Assembly (NCBI GenBank): GCA_027923505.1
Contig: BROI01000004.1
Coordinates: 372,001-436,000, forward strand
Length of the DNA: 64,000 nucleotides
From: Mayamaea pseudoterrestris
Taxonomy: Eukaryota
Direction of reading: 5' to 3'
The notes below the pieces were generated by a model. The model searched no databases. It was not told where the DNA came from and saw only the letters and a list, made by a program, of their open reading frames with translations. The position numbers and the translations under genes were made by a program. Below, one piece after another: positions 22,425-34,137 of the stretch (position 1 is its first letter; every line of letters starts with the position of its first letter).

Positions 22425-23664
22425 TTATTTTAGTCTCCCATGGCGCACAGCTACCGCATATAGAACAGTAATTGATCCAAGAGTGGCAATCGCTGCGAGA
22501 ATCTGCTGACGAGCACTTCTTCTCCCACCTCCTTCGGCTCGCTGAGACGGAAACTGACTTGGAGGTACAAAGAGTACACCGTCTCCTCCTAGCTTTGACG
22601 AAAAGCACGTGAATTTCCATGGCTTTACAGCTGCTCCTTCCAATAGCAAGCGCACACTCTTTTGCTCAGCCGCACTGGCATTCGTGTCAAACAGGACAAT
22701 GGCGCACCCGCCGCCACCAGCTCCCGTCAGCTTTGCTGCAGCTCGTCCAGGCGCGACGCGCGATACAATTTCGCAAATGCGATCCAAGCTGGCGTGTGAA
22801 ACGTTGATTGCCTGCAACAAGCGGTGATTCGTCTCCATCAATGTCAATAGTGAGTGAGAATCGTCATGCGTATTTTGTAAGAAGTCTATCTGGTGGCGCC
22901 GGAGTGAACTTTAGTTGCTGCTCGTCCCCTGGCGGCAGTCGCTACTCGATCTTGAGATCACCAAAGTCCCGCACTTACGCTCGACGACAAGCGCTTGTTT
23001 GAAAGTAACTCAAACTGGCTTCTGTAAATTGTGATTGCTTCAGTCGCTACAAGTGTGCTGATTTAGGACTCTCCAGCGTCTACTCCCTGGCGTCTCATGC
23101 TTGATTGACACCTCCAAGGTGGAACCTTGCACTTCAGGCGTAGCAGGTTTCTTTTACTCTTCCTCAAGTGATCGGTGTAACAGGGTCTTACTTGCTCATT
23201 GTGTTGTTCCTGGAGAACCCCGATGATCTTCTTACGGATTGCTTCCAGTCGGATACGGTCCAGTGGCTTCGTCATAATGTCTGCCCACTGCTCCTTGGTA
23301 TCGACTCGCTTGCACTCAATCTGCTCGTCGTCGAATGAGATGGACCAACAAGGATTTCTTCAATGGCTTCCGCACAAGCTGGCGTCGGAGGAATCTTTAG
23401 CTTGTCTTTCAAATCACTCATAACTCTCTCCATTGGTATTTCAAAATCAATGGGATGTGAAAGGTCTGGCATTTGGATCCGAATCATTTGGTCGTCAAAC
23501 GTTGGTTTCACTCGGACAGCGATTCGAAGGTCTGAAAGGGCGGCCGCCAATGCTGGTTCACCGTAGACGACTGCATGCTCTCCAAACAAAATTACTTTTC
23601 CAGGAGCTGATGCACAGACGGCGTTGTCATTGTTGCATATAGTATCAGTGAGCAAGCTTGTCAT
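22425..23664 (-). pseudogene. MVK: Mevalonate kinase interrupted by a copia fragment, with its central region missing
   Basis: 5' part SAPGKVILFGEHAVVYG (23664 to about 23340) and 3' part LMETNHRLL..VSHASLD..KLTGAGGGGC (22841-22425). The GHMP ATP-binding PxGxGLGSSAA motif is absent in the intervening DNA. Confidence 0.85.
22842..23335 (-). mobile_element. 3' remnant of a Ty1/copia LTR retrotransposon (end of RNase H plus 269-bp LTR 22842-23110)
   Basis: DDEQIECKRVDTKEQWADIMTKPL..IRKKIIG matches the copia RNase H terminal ADxxTKPL motif. It is followed by GGAGG and an LTR bounded by the inverted repeat TGTCAAT...ATTGACA (TG..CA). Confidence 0.85.
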
Positions 23665-23949
23665 AATGTCAGTGAATATAGAGGAGCAAAATGGTTGTGA
23701 ATCGCCATGGTGAAATCGTTGGCAAATTCCTTGCCTTTGCTTCTGAAAGTCGTTCCGGGACTAACTGTAAAACGGAAACGGACGAAGGGTCGACCGCGCG
23801 TGACGTGTTCGGCGCGGACCATCAACCGACTGCCCCAAATGGTTGACGAACGACTGATCCATCAACATGGCCAGGATCTGCTTTGTCCCTGATCAAGATT
23901 GCCATCAAAAAGACAGTTTGGGAGCGTACTTATAGGACAGTCAACTTTC

Positions 23950-25779
23950 ATGGCTCTTCATCTCATTCTAGTGGTCGCACTCGCAGGCAGTTTAACGCTG
24001 GTCTCTTGCTTCCAATTTCAACTTCAATCGTCGACCATCGGCAACCAACTGATTCACTTGCAGTCGCATTCGCAAGAAGCATCAAGAACTACAACCAGCT
24101 TGCATGCCAAGCAGCGCAAAACGAAAAAGAGAGTCACAAACTCGAGACCAAATTCATTTTACGACAAGACATCCGACTTGGCCACAGACGACAAGCCACC
24201 TGCTACAGCCGCCGAGAATGAGATTGAGGCACAGCGCGAAGCAAGAAAAGATGAAGCAGTCAAACGATTCGAGCAACGACCAGAAGTATCATCACTAGTC
24301 ATTGACGAAGAGACGGGTGTCGAAATTTTGGTGCAGGGCAAGACAGTCATGGACGTTGTCACCCGCAAGCCAGTCAAGCTTTCGAAACTTGGACCAGTCT
24401 ATCGGTTGGCGCAAATGTTTCCCGGTGTTCCACCCGATGTGAGAGAAAAACATCGACTAGATTGGAACAATGTGCAGGTCGAACAAGTCGTTGAAGCGCT
24501 TCGGAACGCATGTTCAGTGAAACTTGAAAATGGCAATCGTGGCATTCCTCCGCATCCGTCCGTCGCTAACAAAGCGATTGACTTTGTGCTGGCAAACAGG
24601 GATCGCATGGGACGACAAATGAAGAGTACGCTCGGTCGATTGACGCTACGTTCCATGTCGGACTTTAACAAGGAGCAAGCCTCGGCCAATCAGCAGTTGT
24701 GGAGAAACTACTTGACTATTGAAAATCACATTTCGGCGCCATTTAGACAAATGGTACTTGACGCGGAAGGCAGAGTTGGACCAAACTTTGGAAACCTTGA
24801 CTTGATGAGCTACTGCAACGGAGATTTGTACGAGCGCTGTGCCAACTATGTAGTGCTAAAGGGCATGGTGGCGCACTGGGAAAAGAAGGTGGTCGACGCC
24901 GACTATGTTGAAAAGAATCCCCGGACAAAAGACAACTACGTATCCATGCTGAGCCGGGGCGATCCGAGAAGGTACTTGCCCGACCCTCCCATTCTATTCA
25001 GCCTGCGAGAATGTACGCAAGTCTGTCTCATGTCGCAAACACTGACCAAGCAATTTGTTGAGACTTCCGAGCTGTTTGATGACTTTCCACCAGAACTAAA
25101 GTTTTTAGAGGCAGCCTTGTCAATTCGCGGAGGAACTGGCTTGCGCCAATTCGTCGTGGAGGAGTTTTGCCCCGCCAATGACATTACGCCTGCAGCGTTG
25201 CGTGAGGGCATGCGAAGACTTTTGGCGCAGCTGGACAGTCTGCAGATTGATCCATATGCTGACATTTGCAATCTTCTTGAGAGTCTCATTATCGCCATGT
25301 CTCGAGGAACGGAGGATGAACAATCGCCATTTCGTTCAGTCATTGCGAATACGGATACAAATGGACCTGGCTACTTTCAAACGTACACTTTCAACCACAA
25401 TCGCCTTTCGTTTGTTCGCTTTCTTGATCAACAATATGATGGGGAAGCTGGTGAAGGAGGTGACAACTCCTTTGGTGAGAATCCCTTTAGCAATTTCATG
25501 AACATGGGACAAAACGATAAGAAAAAGTCAGCAGGAGGTAACTTTTTTGATTTTGGAGACAAGCCGCTGGCACGCTTATTCAGTATGGAGGATGATTCTC
25601 TAGAATTCATGAGATCCGAGCCAACAGATGACGATGAAGATTACAAGGTCCCTCCGCTCCGAGCGCTTGGTCGACCGCATGAACTAGGATGGTTGGAACT
25701 CTTGGATGAAGAAACGCAGGATTCAAACAACAAGCTTAATACTATACCGGCAGGTACAATTGTTGCGGATGAAGAATAG
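23950..25779 (+). CDS. Unknown protein with a bipartite plastid-targeting N-terminus
   Basis: Long single-exon ORF; MALHLILVVALAGSLTLVSC-FQF signal peptide followed by an S/T/R-rich transit-like segment. No recognised domain. Confidence 0.75.
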   Translation: MALHLILVVALAGSLTLVSCFQFQLQSSTIGNQLIHLQSHSQEASRTTTSLHAKQRKTKKRVTNSRPNSFYDKTSDLATDDKPPATAAENEIEAQREARKDEAVKRFEQRPEVSSLVIDEETGVEILVQGKTVMDVVTRKPVKLSKLGPVYRLAQMFPGVPPDVREKHRLDWNNVQVEQVVEALRNACSVKLENGNRGIPPHPSVANKAIDFVLANRDRMGRQMKSTLGRLTLRSMSDFNKEQASANQQLWRNYLTIENHISAPFRQMVLDAEGRVGPNFGNLDLMSYCNGDLYERCANYVVLKGMVAHWEKKVVDADYVEKNPRTKDNYVSMLSRGDPRRYLPDPPILFSLRECTQVCLMSQTLTKQFVETSELFDDFPPELKFLEAALSIRGGTGLRQFVVEEFCPANDITPAALREGMRRLLAQLDSLQIDPYADICNLLESLIIAMSRGTEDEQSPFRSVIANTDTNGPGYFQTYTFNHNRLSFVRFLDQQYDGEAGEGGDNSFGENPFSNFMNMGQNDKKKSAGGNFFDFGDKPLARLFSMEDDSLEFMRSEPTDDDEDYKVPPLRALGRPHELGWLELLDEETQDSNNKLNTIPAGTIVADEE

Positions 25780-26083
25780 TTCTTTGGCCATTCGTTCTTA
25801 TCATGGATTTATGGTAGGTTTTATAAAAGTAACTACCGTAAAGAGTACATGAAGGTTTGAGTCCAAGATTTTACCTCCCTAGTTGATATATATACATATG
25901 TGTCCCCAAGCATAGCCAGAACAGAATTCATGGATCTTGACATACACATGGCAGGCATGGGCATTTGAAAGGCATGGCAGCTGCTGGCTGAGACTGGTGA
26001 CAAGTTATCACCAATCACATTCCAGTCCACAGAGACACTAGCCAGTCAATTTAACTTGTAGTGCACCTGTAAAAAGCACCATT

Positions 26084-26296
26084 CAGATGATGATGAAGAC
26101 TACAAGGTTCCTCTGCTCCGAACGCTTGGTCTACTGCATGAACTACCGGTAGGATGGCTGGTACTCTTGTACGAAGAAAGCAGGATCCAAACAGCAAGCT
26201 GAATACTATACTGGCCAGAACAATTATTATGAATAAAGAATAGTCTTTGACAACTCGGTCTTATAAAGGTTTTTCTGTAGGTTTGTAAAAGTAACT
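26084..26296 (+). repeat. Degenerate direct duplication of 25625-25834 (3' end and 3' UTR of the upstream gene)
   Basis: cagatgatgatgaagactacaaggttcctctgctccg...aaaagtaact aligns by eye with cagatgacgatgaagattacaaggtccctccgctccg...aaaagtaact, with indels and several CG>TG changes. Confidence 0.9.
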
Positions 26297-26495
26297 TTCG
26301 TGAAACTACAATGAAGCCATTGTCAGATTTGTCTTTTCATTGCCGGAACGACTGACACAACAATGAAACGCACGGTGGCGCGAGCGAGACACGCTGCGCG
26401 GATTGCACAAAACCAGACAAGCTGACACCCTTCGAAAGCGTTGTTGCATCTATCACCATTGTCGCGCTCGTGTACGAATTAACGTAATTACAACC

Positions 26496-28803
<2,308 letters not shown>

Positions 28804-28905
28804 GTTGTTTGATTCATGCGGATGTGTTGTGAATCGTGCTCAGCATCGCGCAAGGCTTACTACTGTATAACTAAACCTAGCGATAGATACTGTTATAAAA
28901 TCGTT

Positions 28906-31900
28906 TTAAAACACGAGTCGCTTGATATCAGTCGCAATATCCTTGCCAACAGTAGCCCTTGTAGACTTTACATCAATTTTTACAGTCCGTCCCTTCATCT
29001 TGGCCAGCGCTCGGACGCGTATGCCCGAGTTAGATCGGGCGGCAAAGGCTGCGGCCTCGGGTGTTCCGCTTTTTACTTCTGTAGCTCGAAGGAAAGCCGC
29101 AATTGTACTGAACACGTCCTCTGATGAAGCTTCAGTTAAAATGTCAATCTTTGATGAGTAAGAGAACCATCCAGAAGACGTGAATTCCTGCAAGATGCCA
29201 TCAAGCGACACTCCTCCCTCTGGGTCAAAATGTGCGGAAACGGGCACGGAAACTTTAAATGAGACGGAGCTTCCCGTATCAGTAGATAGCGTCCCCTTGC
29301 ATTCTTGCGACCCCTCTGCTGTAGATTCAAAAGGACCAAGCTTGTCTGTTTCTCTCGATGATCCGCCCGCGATTGAGCCTAAGCGTTTTATTTCGTGCCC
29401 TTTCATTTTGATCGAGACGTCAAGCAAATTTGCCAAACTGCGATTCTCGAGCCGAAATACCAACATTGCACTACCATGCTTGCTAAAGACTTGATAAGCC
29501 AGCGATATCTGTGTCCAATCGATCGTCTGCGGTCCACTTGCGCCTGAAGTCTTGATTGATGCTCGCATCCATGGCCTATGTCGATTGGTGCTAGGGCGAG
29601 AAGCCTTAATCTCTTTTGTTGTCTGTGGGGCTGACGGCACTGACAATCCAAGCAGGTCATCAAACGCAGTATTAATCGGATTTGTGCTTGCTGTTGCAGG
29701 CAAGGCCGTCATTTGAGTAGTAACGGGTAACTCCGATGCGATGGACGTCTGGAATAGATCAGCTGAACTCGACCGGGACTGGTCAAAACCTCCGAGGTCG
29801 AGCAAGTCTTCCACATCGACCCGATCGATGCGAGCTTCCTTTGCTTTTTTGCTCTTCTTTGTTTTCTTTTGCTTTTTCAATGACTTGCCTTCTGGTTGAC
29901 GGTCGGGTACGACACGGTGCGTTTGCGTGGGCATGAACTCGTCATCCCGGAGCGGCGTTGTGAGGTCCACTCTAGCCAATCCGGAGAACTCTTTGCTTAG
30001 ACCTTTTTTCTTGGCAATGAGCCCTGAGACGCCAATATCGTCATCGTCGTCGTCGCTTCCGTGAATATATGCTTGTTGTCGTATTGCTCTTGAAGACACA
30101 TCGTGACCACCACGCGACGAAAGATTGTCACCGGCAGGAGCAAAAGCATCCGCGTACACATCGGCTGCCTGCTTTGCTTTCTTCTCCTTCTTCTGCTTGT
30201 ACTTTCTACGGACATGATCGTCCTCATCACTGTCGCTAAGCTGGATAGTCCCAAAACGACTATCTGGCAACATCGACTCATCCCCCTTTTTCGACGGGGT
30301 AGAACTTAGATAAAAAGGGTCCCCTTGTCTCAAGTTTTGTGAGGTCGATTTGCCGTTTGCAACTTCGCCATTGTGCTGGAAACTATTTGTGGCGCCGCTC
30401 GATAGCTGCATAGCCGAGTACTTTTGATTGCTGTCAGGGACGTTCGAACCTGGAACGGAAATCACATGTGATTGCTCACGCTTTTGCGGAAATTGCTGAG
30501 TAAAGCTTACTGAATCATTACCAATTTTGTGTGTGATTCGATAGGTCTCTTCTTCTTCGATTAATGTCGAAAAGACGGATAAGTCAACTGGCAAGTCTAG
30601 ATTGGCCGAATGGCCGAGCGTCGACGCTCGTTTCTTTCGTTGAGCCTTGGAACCAACGGGCTTCATCGGGGATGGCTTGTACAGGTAATTCAATATTCCA
30701 GACACGTCTCTGAGTATCGAGGGAGATGGCTGCTGTGAAGAATCCTGCAGAAACTCTAAGATTTCGTTTTGGCCGTTGCCTAATGAATCCATAGACGAGG
30801 CCGATGACCGATTAACCATCGCATCAGGAATTATATCCAGCGAGCGAAGGAGTTCCAAAGCAGTCAAAGCTCGCTCAGCAACTGCCACATCGGCGCTTTG
30901 CGAAAAGACGGGCAAGTTTATGAAAATTGTGTTGAGACAAGCAGATAATTCTGACGTCAGAACTTGGGCATCGGCAGTCGCAGCCGCAAAAACTTTCATG
31001 GCACCCTGAATATAAACTTTCTGCACGCTGGCGTGCAGAGTTTCGATGTTTGAAGGGCTGAGAAAAACTTGAAGCAACGCATGGTAACAGCCTTGGCTAG
31101 AAGAGTCATAAACATAGTCTCTTGCATCACCATCACCTGTGGCAATCGCGTCTTGAATTAAATCTGAATATTCTCCAACTATCCACGCTAGTGCGGGCAA
31201 GACTTGTGGCATGAGGTTCTTGCCTCGCCCGTTATCGCCACGTGGATCGTTGGATGTGTTGCCGTCGCGCTCGAGTAGCGTCGCCATTGACCGACGCACT
31301 GCATATGATCGAATAGGCAGCACTCGAAGGGCCACATCCGTGATTTGTGATCGTAGTAGCTCGCCATGCGTTTCAATGCCACGCAAATGTCCAATGTGAA
31401 ATAACACATCAATGTACCAGCCAAAGTCAGTTAGTAGACTATACTTCTCCGACGAACACAGCTCAATAATCTTGGCGACAAGATCGTTTCGATAAGAGCC
31501 CGAGGCTAGCTGTACATGCTTCATGAGCTGCGCCACCAGCTCCATCAGATTCTTGCGCGAGGTCATTCCAATGAGCAAATCCAAAGCTCTTCGTCGAATA
31601 GTAACATCTTGGTCGCTTAAACAGGCCAGAATCAGCGGGCGATACTCGGACGTTGACAGCACCTTGGGATGCGATGTTAACAAACTTCCAAACCCGACTA
31701 AACCAAGATACTTTAGATTCTGATCCGTCTCTTCCACAAAACTCCCGAGCGTCTTGGCGGACAGCTCCACAATATCAGGCACAATGGCTGGCATTGACCC
31801 ATCTGCCTTGCGCGTGTATGGCAGACAAAGTGTAATCGTATAGACGGCTTCATACAGGAGCGACTTGGCTTGCGTGTTGCGTACAATATTTGCCAATGGC

Positions 31901-32664
31901 TCGAGCAGCTTGCGGGCCAGCCGAGGCTCCTCTGGTACCAAGCTTCCCAGCAATTTGACTACTTTGATGAGCATCCAATTGTTGCTTGACTTTGTGAGTA
32001 GTTCGAAAAAGGCTGGTGCGAGGTGTAAATAGTTTCTGGGATTCTTGTCCGAAAGTTCCGTGATTACGTTCACCGCGCAGCTCACCACGGACGGGTTGGG
32101 GTCCTGCAGCGCCTGCTGCAGCTTTTGAAACGTTAGTCGCAACCCCTGCGGATATTTCATGAATACTTTGAACAGGCATAAAATCGCCTTTTTGCGCAAA
32201 TACGGTTGCGGGTGCGCCGTGAGGCTTGTAATTTCCGGCAACAGGTCCATGGCCAAGTCTTCCGTGACGATATTGGAAATGCAGTTGATTGCCAAGCCTG
32301 CCTCGTACACGCCGTGCATGCCCCCTCCGACGGCGCCTCGAAGCTCCTTTTTGAGTAGATTGGTCGTGAGCAGAATAACTTCAGTATCTTGTGTAAATCC
32401 CTGCGAGGCTGCCAAGTATCCTATTCGCTTCTGTCCAAACCGCGGGGATGACATGACTTCAATGGTAGCAAAACTAGCCCAGCTCATGCTGTATCCAAGC
32501 ATTTGTAAAAAGGTCAATTTCTGTAGAGCATTTGATTTGACGAATAAGTCGTTGGAGCTAATTTCCGTCTTGATTTCCGCAATGCATTGACTAATGTAGA
32601 GAGCCGTGTCGCGCTTGGACGCGCGAATGCCCTTGACGACGTCTGTCAAAGTTCTCTCAAACAT
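28906..32664 (-). CDS. AP3D1: AP-3 adaptor complex subunit delta
   Basis: MFERTLTDVVKGIR, KRIGYLAASQ, NNWMLIKVVKL, EPRLARKL, DQNLKYLGL. Confidence 0.93.
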   Translation of the reverse strand: MFERTLTDVVKGIRASKRDTALYISQCIAEIKTEISSNDLFVKSNALQKLTFLQMLGYSMSWASFATIEVMSSPRFGQKRIGYLAASQGFTQDTEVILLTTNLLKKELRGAVGGGMHGVYEAGLAINCISNIVTEDLAMDLLPEITSLTAHPQPYLRKKAILCLFKVFMKYPQGLRLTFQKLQQALQDPNPSVVSCAVNVITELSDKNPRNYLHLAPAFFELLTKSSNNWMLIKVVKLLGSLVPEEPRLARKLLEPLANIVRNTQAKSLLYEAVYTITLCLPYTRKADGSMPAIVPDIVELSAKTLGSFVEETDQNLKYLGLVGFGSLLTSHPKVLSTSEYRPLILACLSDQDVTIRRRALDLLIGMTSRKNLMELVAQLMKHVQLASGSYRNDLVAKIIELCSSEKYSLLTDFGWYIDVLFHIGHLRGIETHGELLRSQITDVALRVLPIRSYAVRRSMATLLERDGNTSNDPRGDNGRGKNLMPQVLPALAWIVGEYSDLIQDAIATGDGDARDYVYDSSSQGCYHALLQVFLSPSNIETLHASVQKVYIQGAMKVFAAATADAQVLTSELSACLNTIFINLPVFSQSADVAVAERALTALELLRSLDIIPDAMVNRSSASSMDSLGNGQNEILEFLQDSSQQPSPSILRDVSGILNYLYKPSPMKPVGSKAQRKKRASTLGHSANLDLPVDLSVFSTLIEEEETYRITHKIGNDSVSFTQQFPQKREQSHVISVPGSNVPDSNQKYSAMQLSSGATNSFQHNGEVANGKSTSQNLRQGDPFYLSSTPSKKGDESMLPDSRFGTIQLSDSDEDDHVRRKYKQKKEKKAKQAADVYADAFAPAGDNLSSRGGHDVSSRAIRQQAYIHGSDDDDDDIGVSGLIAKKKGLSKEFSGLARVDLTTPLRDDEFMPTQTHRVVPDRQPEGKSLKKQKKTKKSKKAKEARIDRVDVEDLLDLGGFDQSRSSSADLFQTSIASELPVTTQMTALPATASTNPINTAFDDLLGLSVPSAPQTTKEIKASRPSTNRHRPWMRASIKTSGASGPQTIDWTQISLAYQVFSKHGSAMLVFRLENRSLANLLDVSIKMKGHEIKRLGSIAGGSSRETDKLGPFESTAEGSQECKGTLSTDTGSSVSFKVSVPVSAHFDPEGGVSLDGILQEFTSSGWFSYSSKIDILTEASSEDVFSTIAAFLRATEVKSGTPEAAAFAARSNSGIRVRALAKMKGRTVKIDVKSTRATVGKDIATDIKRLVF

Positions 32665-32885
32665 GGTACTGACTAGGTTTCTTTGCTAGCTGCGAGTATA
32701 TTGCGAGGAAGCAAGTTGTCAAAGTGGTGTTGATTCTAAAAATGGAGGTGACCAAGGCGTGTTCCACAACGTTAAACCAAATCTGATCAAGACAGTACGT
32801 TGATTTGCGTAAAAAAGAAAGGCGTAGTTCCTACTCAACAATCTCTGGTTCCAGGTGAAGAAGCGTCAGTGAGAGACTCGAGAGG

Positions 32886-34137
32886 TCAAAGTTGGACGTG
32901 CAATATTATGTTGTCGTCCTGCTCGTGGTCGTGCGTTTCGTTCGCTGTCGCTCGAGTACCAGTCCGACTTTTCATCTTGTACACCAAAGAGACGGGTGGA
33001 AACGACGCTCGGGACAAGTGCCCGACAATTTGGTGCCCACCTTGGACCATGCGAGCAGCGTAGCCGGTGGTGTGAGCAGCAGTGCCATGCAGGTAGCGTA
33101 GCATTGCGTCAGAACGCCAGCGGCCCATCAATTTTATAATATTGTCATCGCAGCCGCCATTGAGGAGAGCCATAGCACCACCAGCGCGCAGGGAGCGAGC
33201 CTCAATGTCGGAGGGGTCTAAGCCCAGGGTAGGACCAAGTGCAATGACAGCATTGCGAAGGGTGCGCGTAATCTCCCCATTCTTGACGCCAAGAGGACGA
33301 TTAGCACACCAGTAGGTTGCAAGCGGTGTGTGGGCAGTAGCACCATGCTCACGCAAATAAAGAATGCGCCGAGCAGCAGCAAGCACCGGACAGCAATGGA
33401 ACAAGCCAGTGCGGCCTTGGCTAATGACTTCACCGCGGACACCATTTTTCTGATTATCAAATGTGAACGACACCTGGGAAGCCGCCAACAAATCTGCAGC
33501 TGGTGCAGCAAAGAGATCAAGACGGCGGGAACCCAGACAGAGTTGGACTGCACCTAGGCGTAGTGGTGGGGTGTTGCCACCGTGGGTGCCAGTGTACTCA
33601 CCAGGGCGCATCAAGAAGAAGAAACCCAGGGTGATGATGTCGGCAAAGGTTTGCAGGGGCAGGTGAGCCTGGTCCAGAATAGGCTTGGGCCAGGATGTGT
33701 TGCACAATGGTGACCGGAATTGGTTTGACGCGAGTAGGGGCTGGATCTTCGCGGTGCCAGCATTTAAATTGTTGCTGCAGCCGGTAGTCAATTTTGCCAC
33801 AGGAATCTTGTCGAATGTCGTGGGACCCCATGCGGGCGAACGTCTGGCCCACCGCACGGATGGCGTCCGCCACTGTTGCAGCGCGGACGGGTTGACCGCT
33901 GGCGGAGAGTCGGCCATCGCGGTAACGGGTTGCCCAGACTTGGAGAGTTGGGACTGGGTCATCCAAGGTTTTGAGGAAAGGGTCGAGATGGTGTTCAAGA
34001 CAGAAGTCACACCATGAGGCCCAATGCTTGTCCGCGGAGGCGGCTCTTGAAGGAACGACTCCGGCACGGATCTGGTCTTGGACAGTGCGGTAATCATGGT
34101 AGAAAGCATCTCGGGTCGTGGTTGGTACAGTTGCCAA
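32886..34137 (-). pseudogene. Tyrosine recombinase of the retroelement, frameshifted near 33655
   Basis: N-terminal half in ORF 33598-34137 (WASWCDFC...DPAPTRVKPIP). Catalytic half in ORF 32886-34847 (FFFLMRPGEY, QKNG, ARSLRAGGA, GRWRSDAMLRY). The tail after about 33030 may be non-element sequence. Confidence 0.85.

Noticed and set aside
22842..23335. Insert in MVK being an ordinary intron
   Set aside because: It lacks GT-AG ends, carries LTR termini and a copia motif, and removing it would not restore the missing catalytic region.
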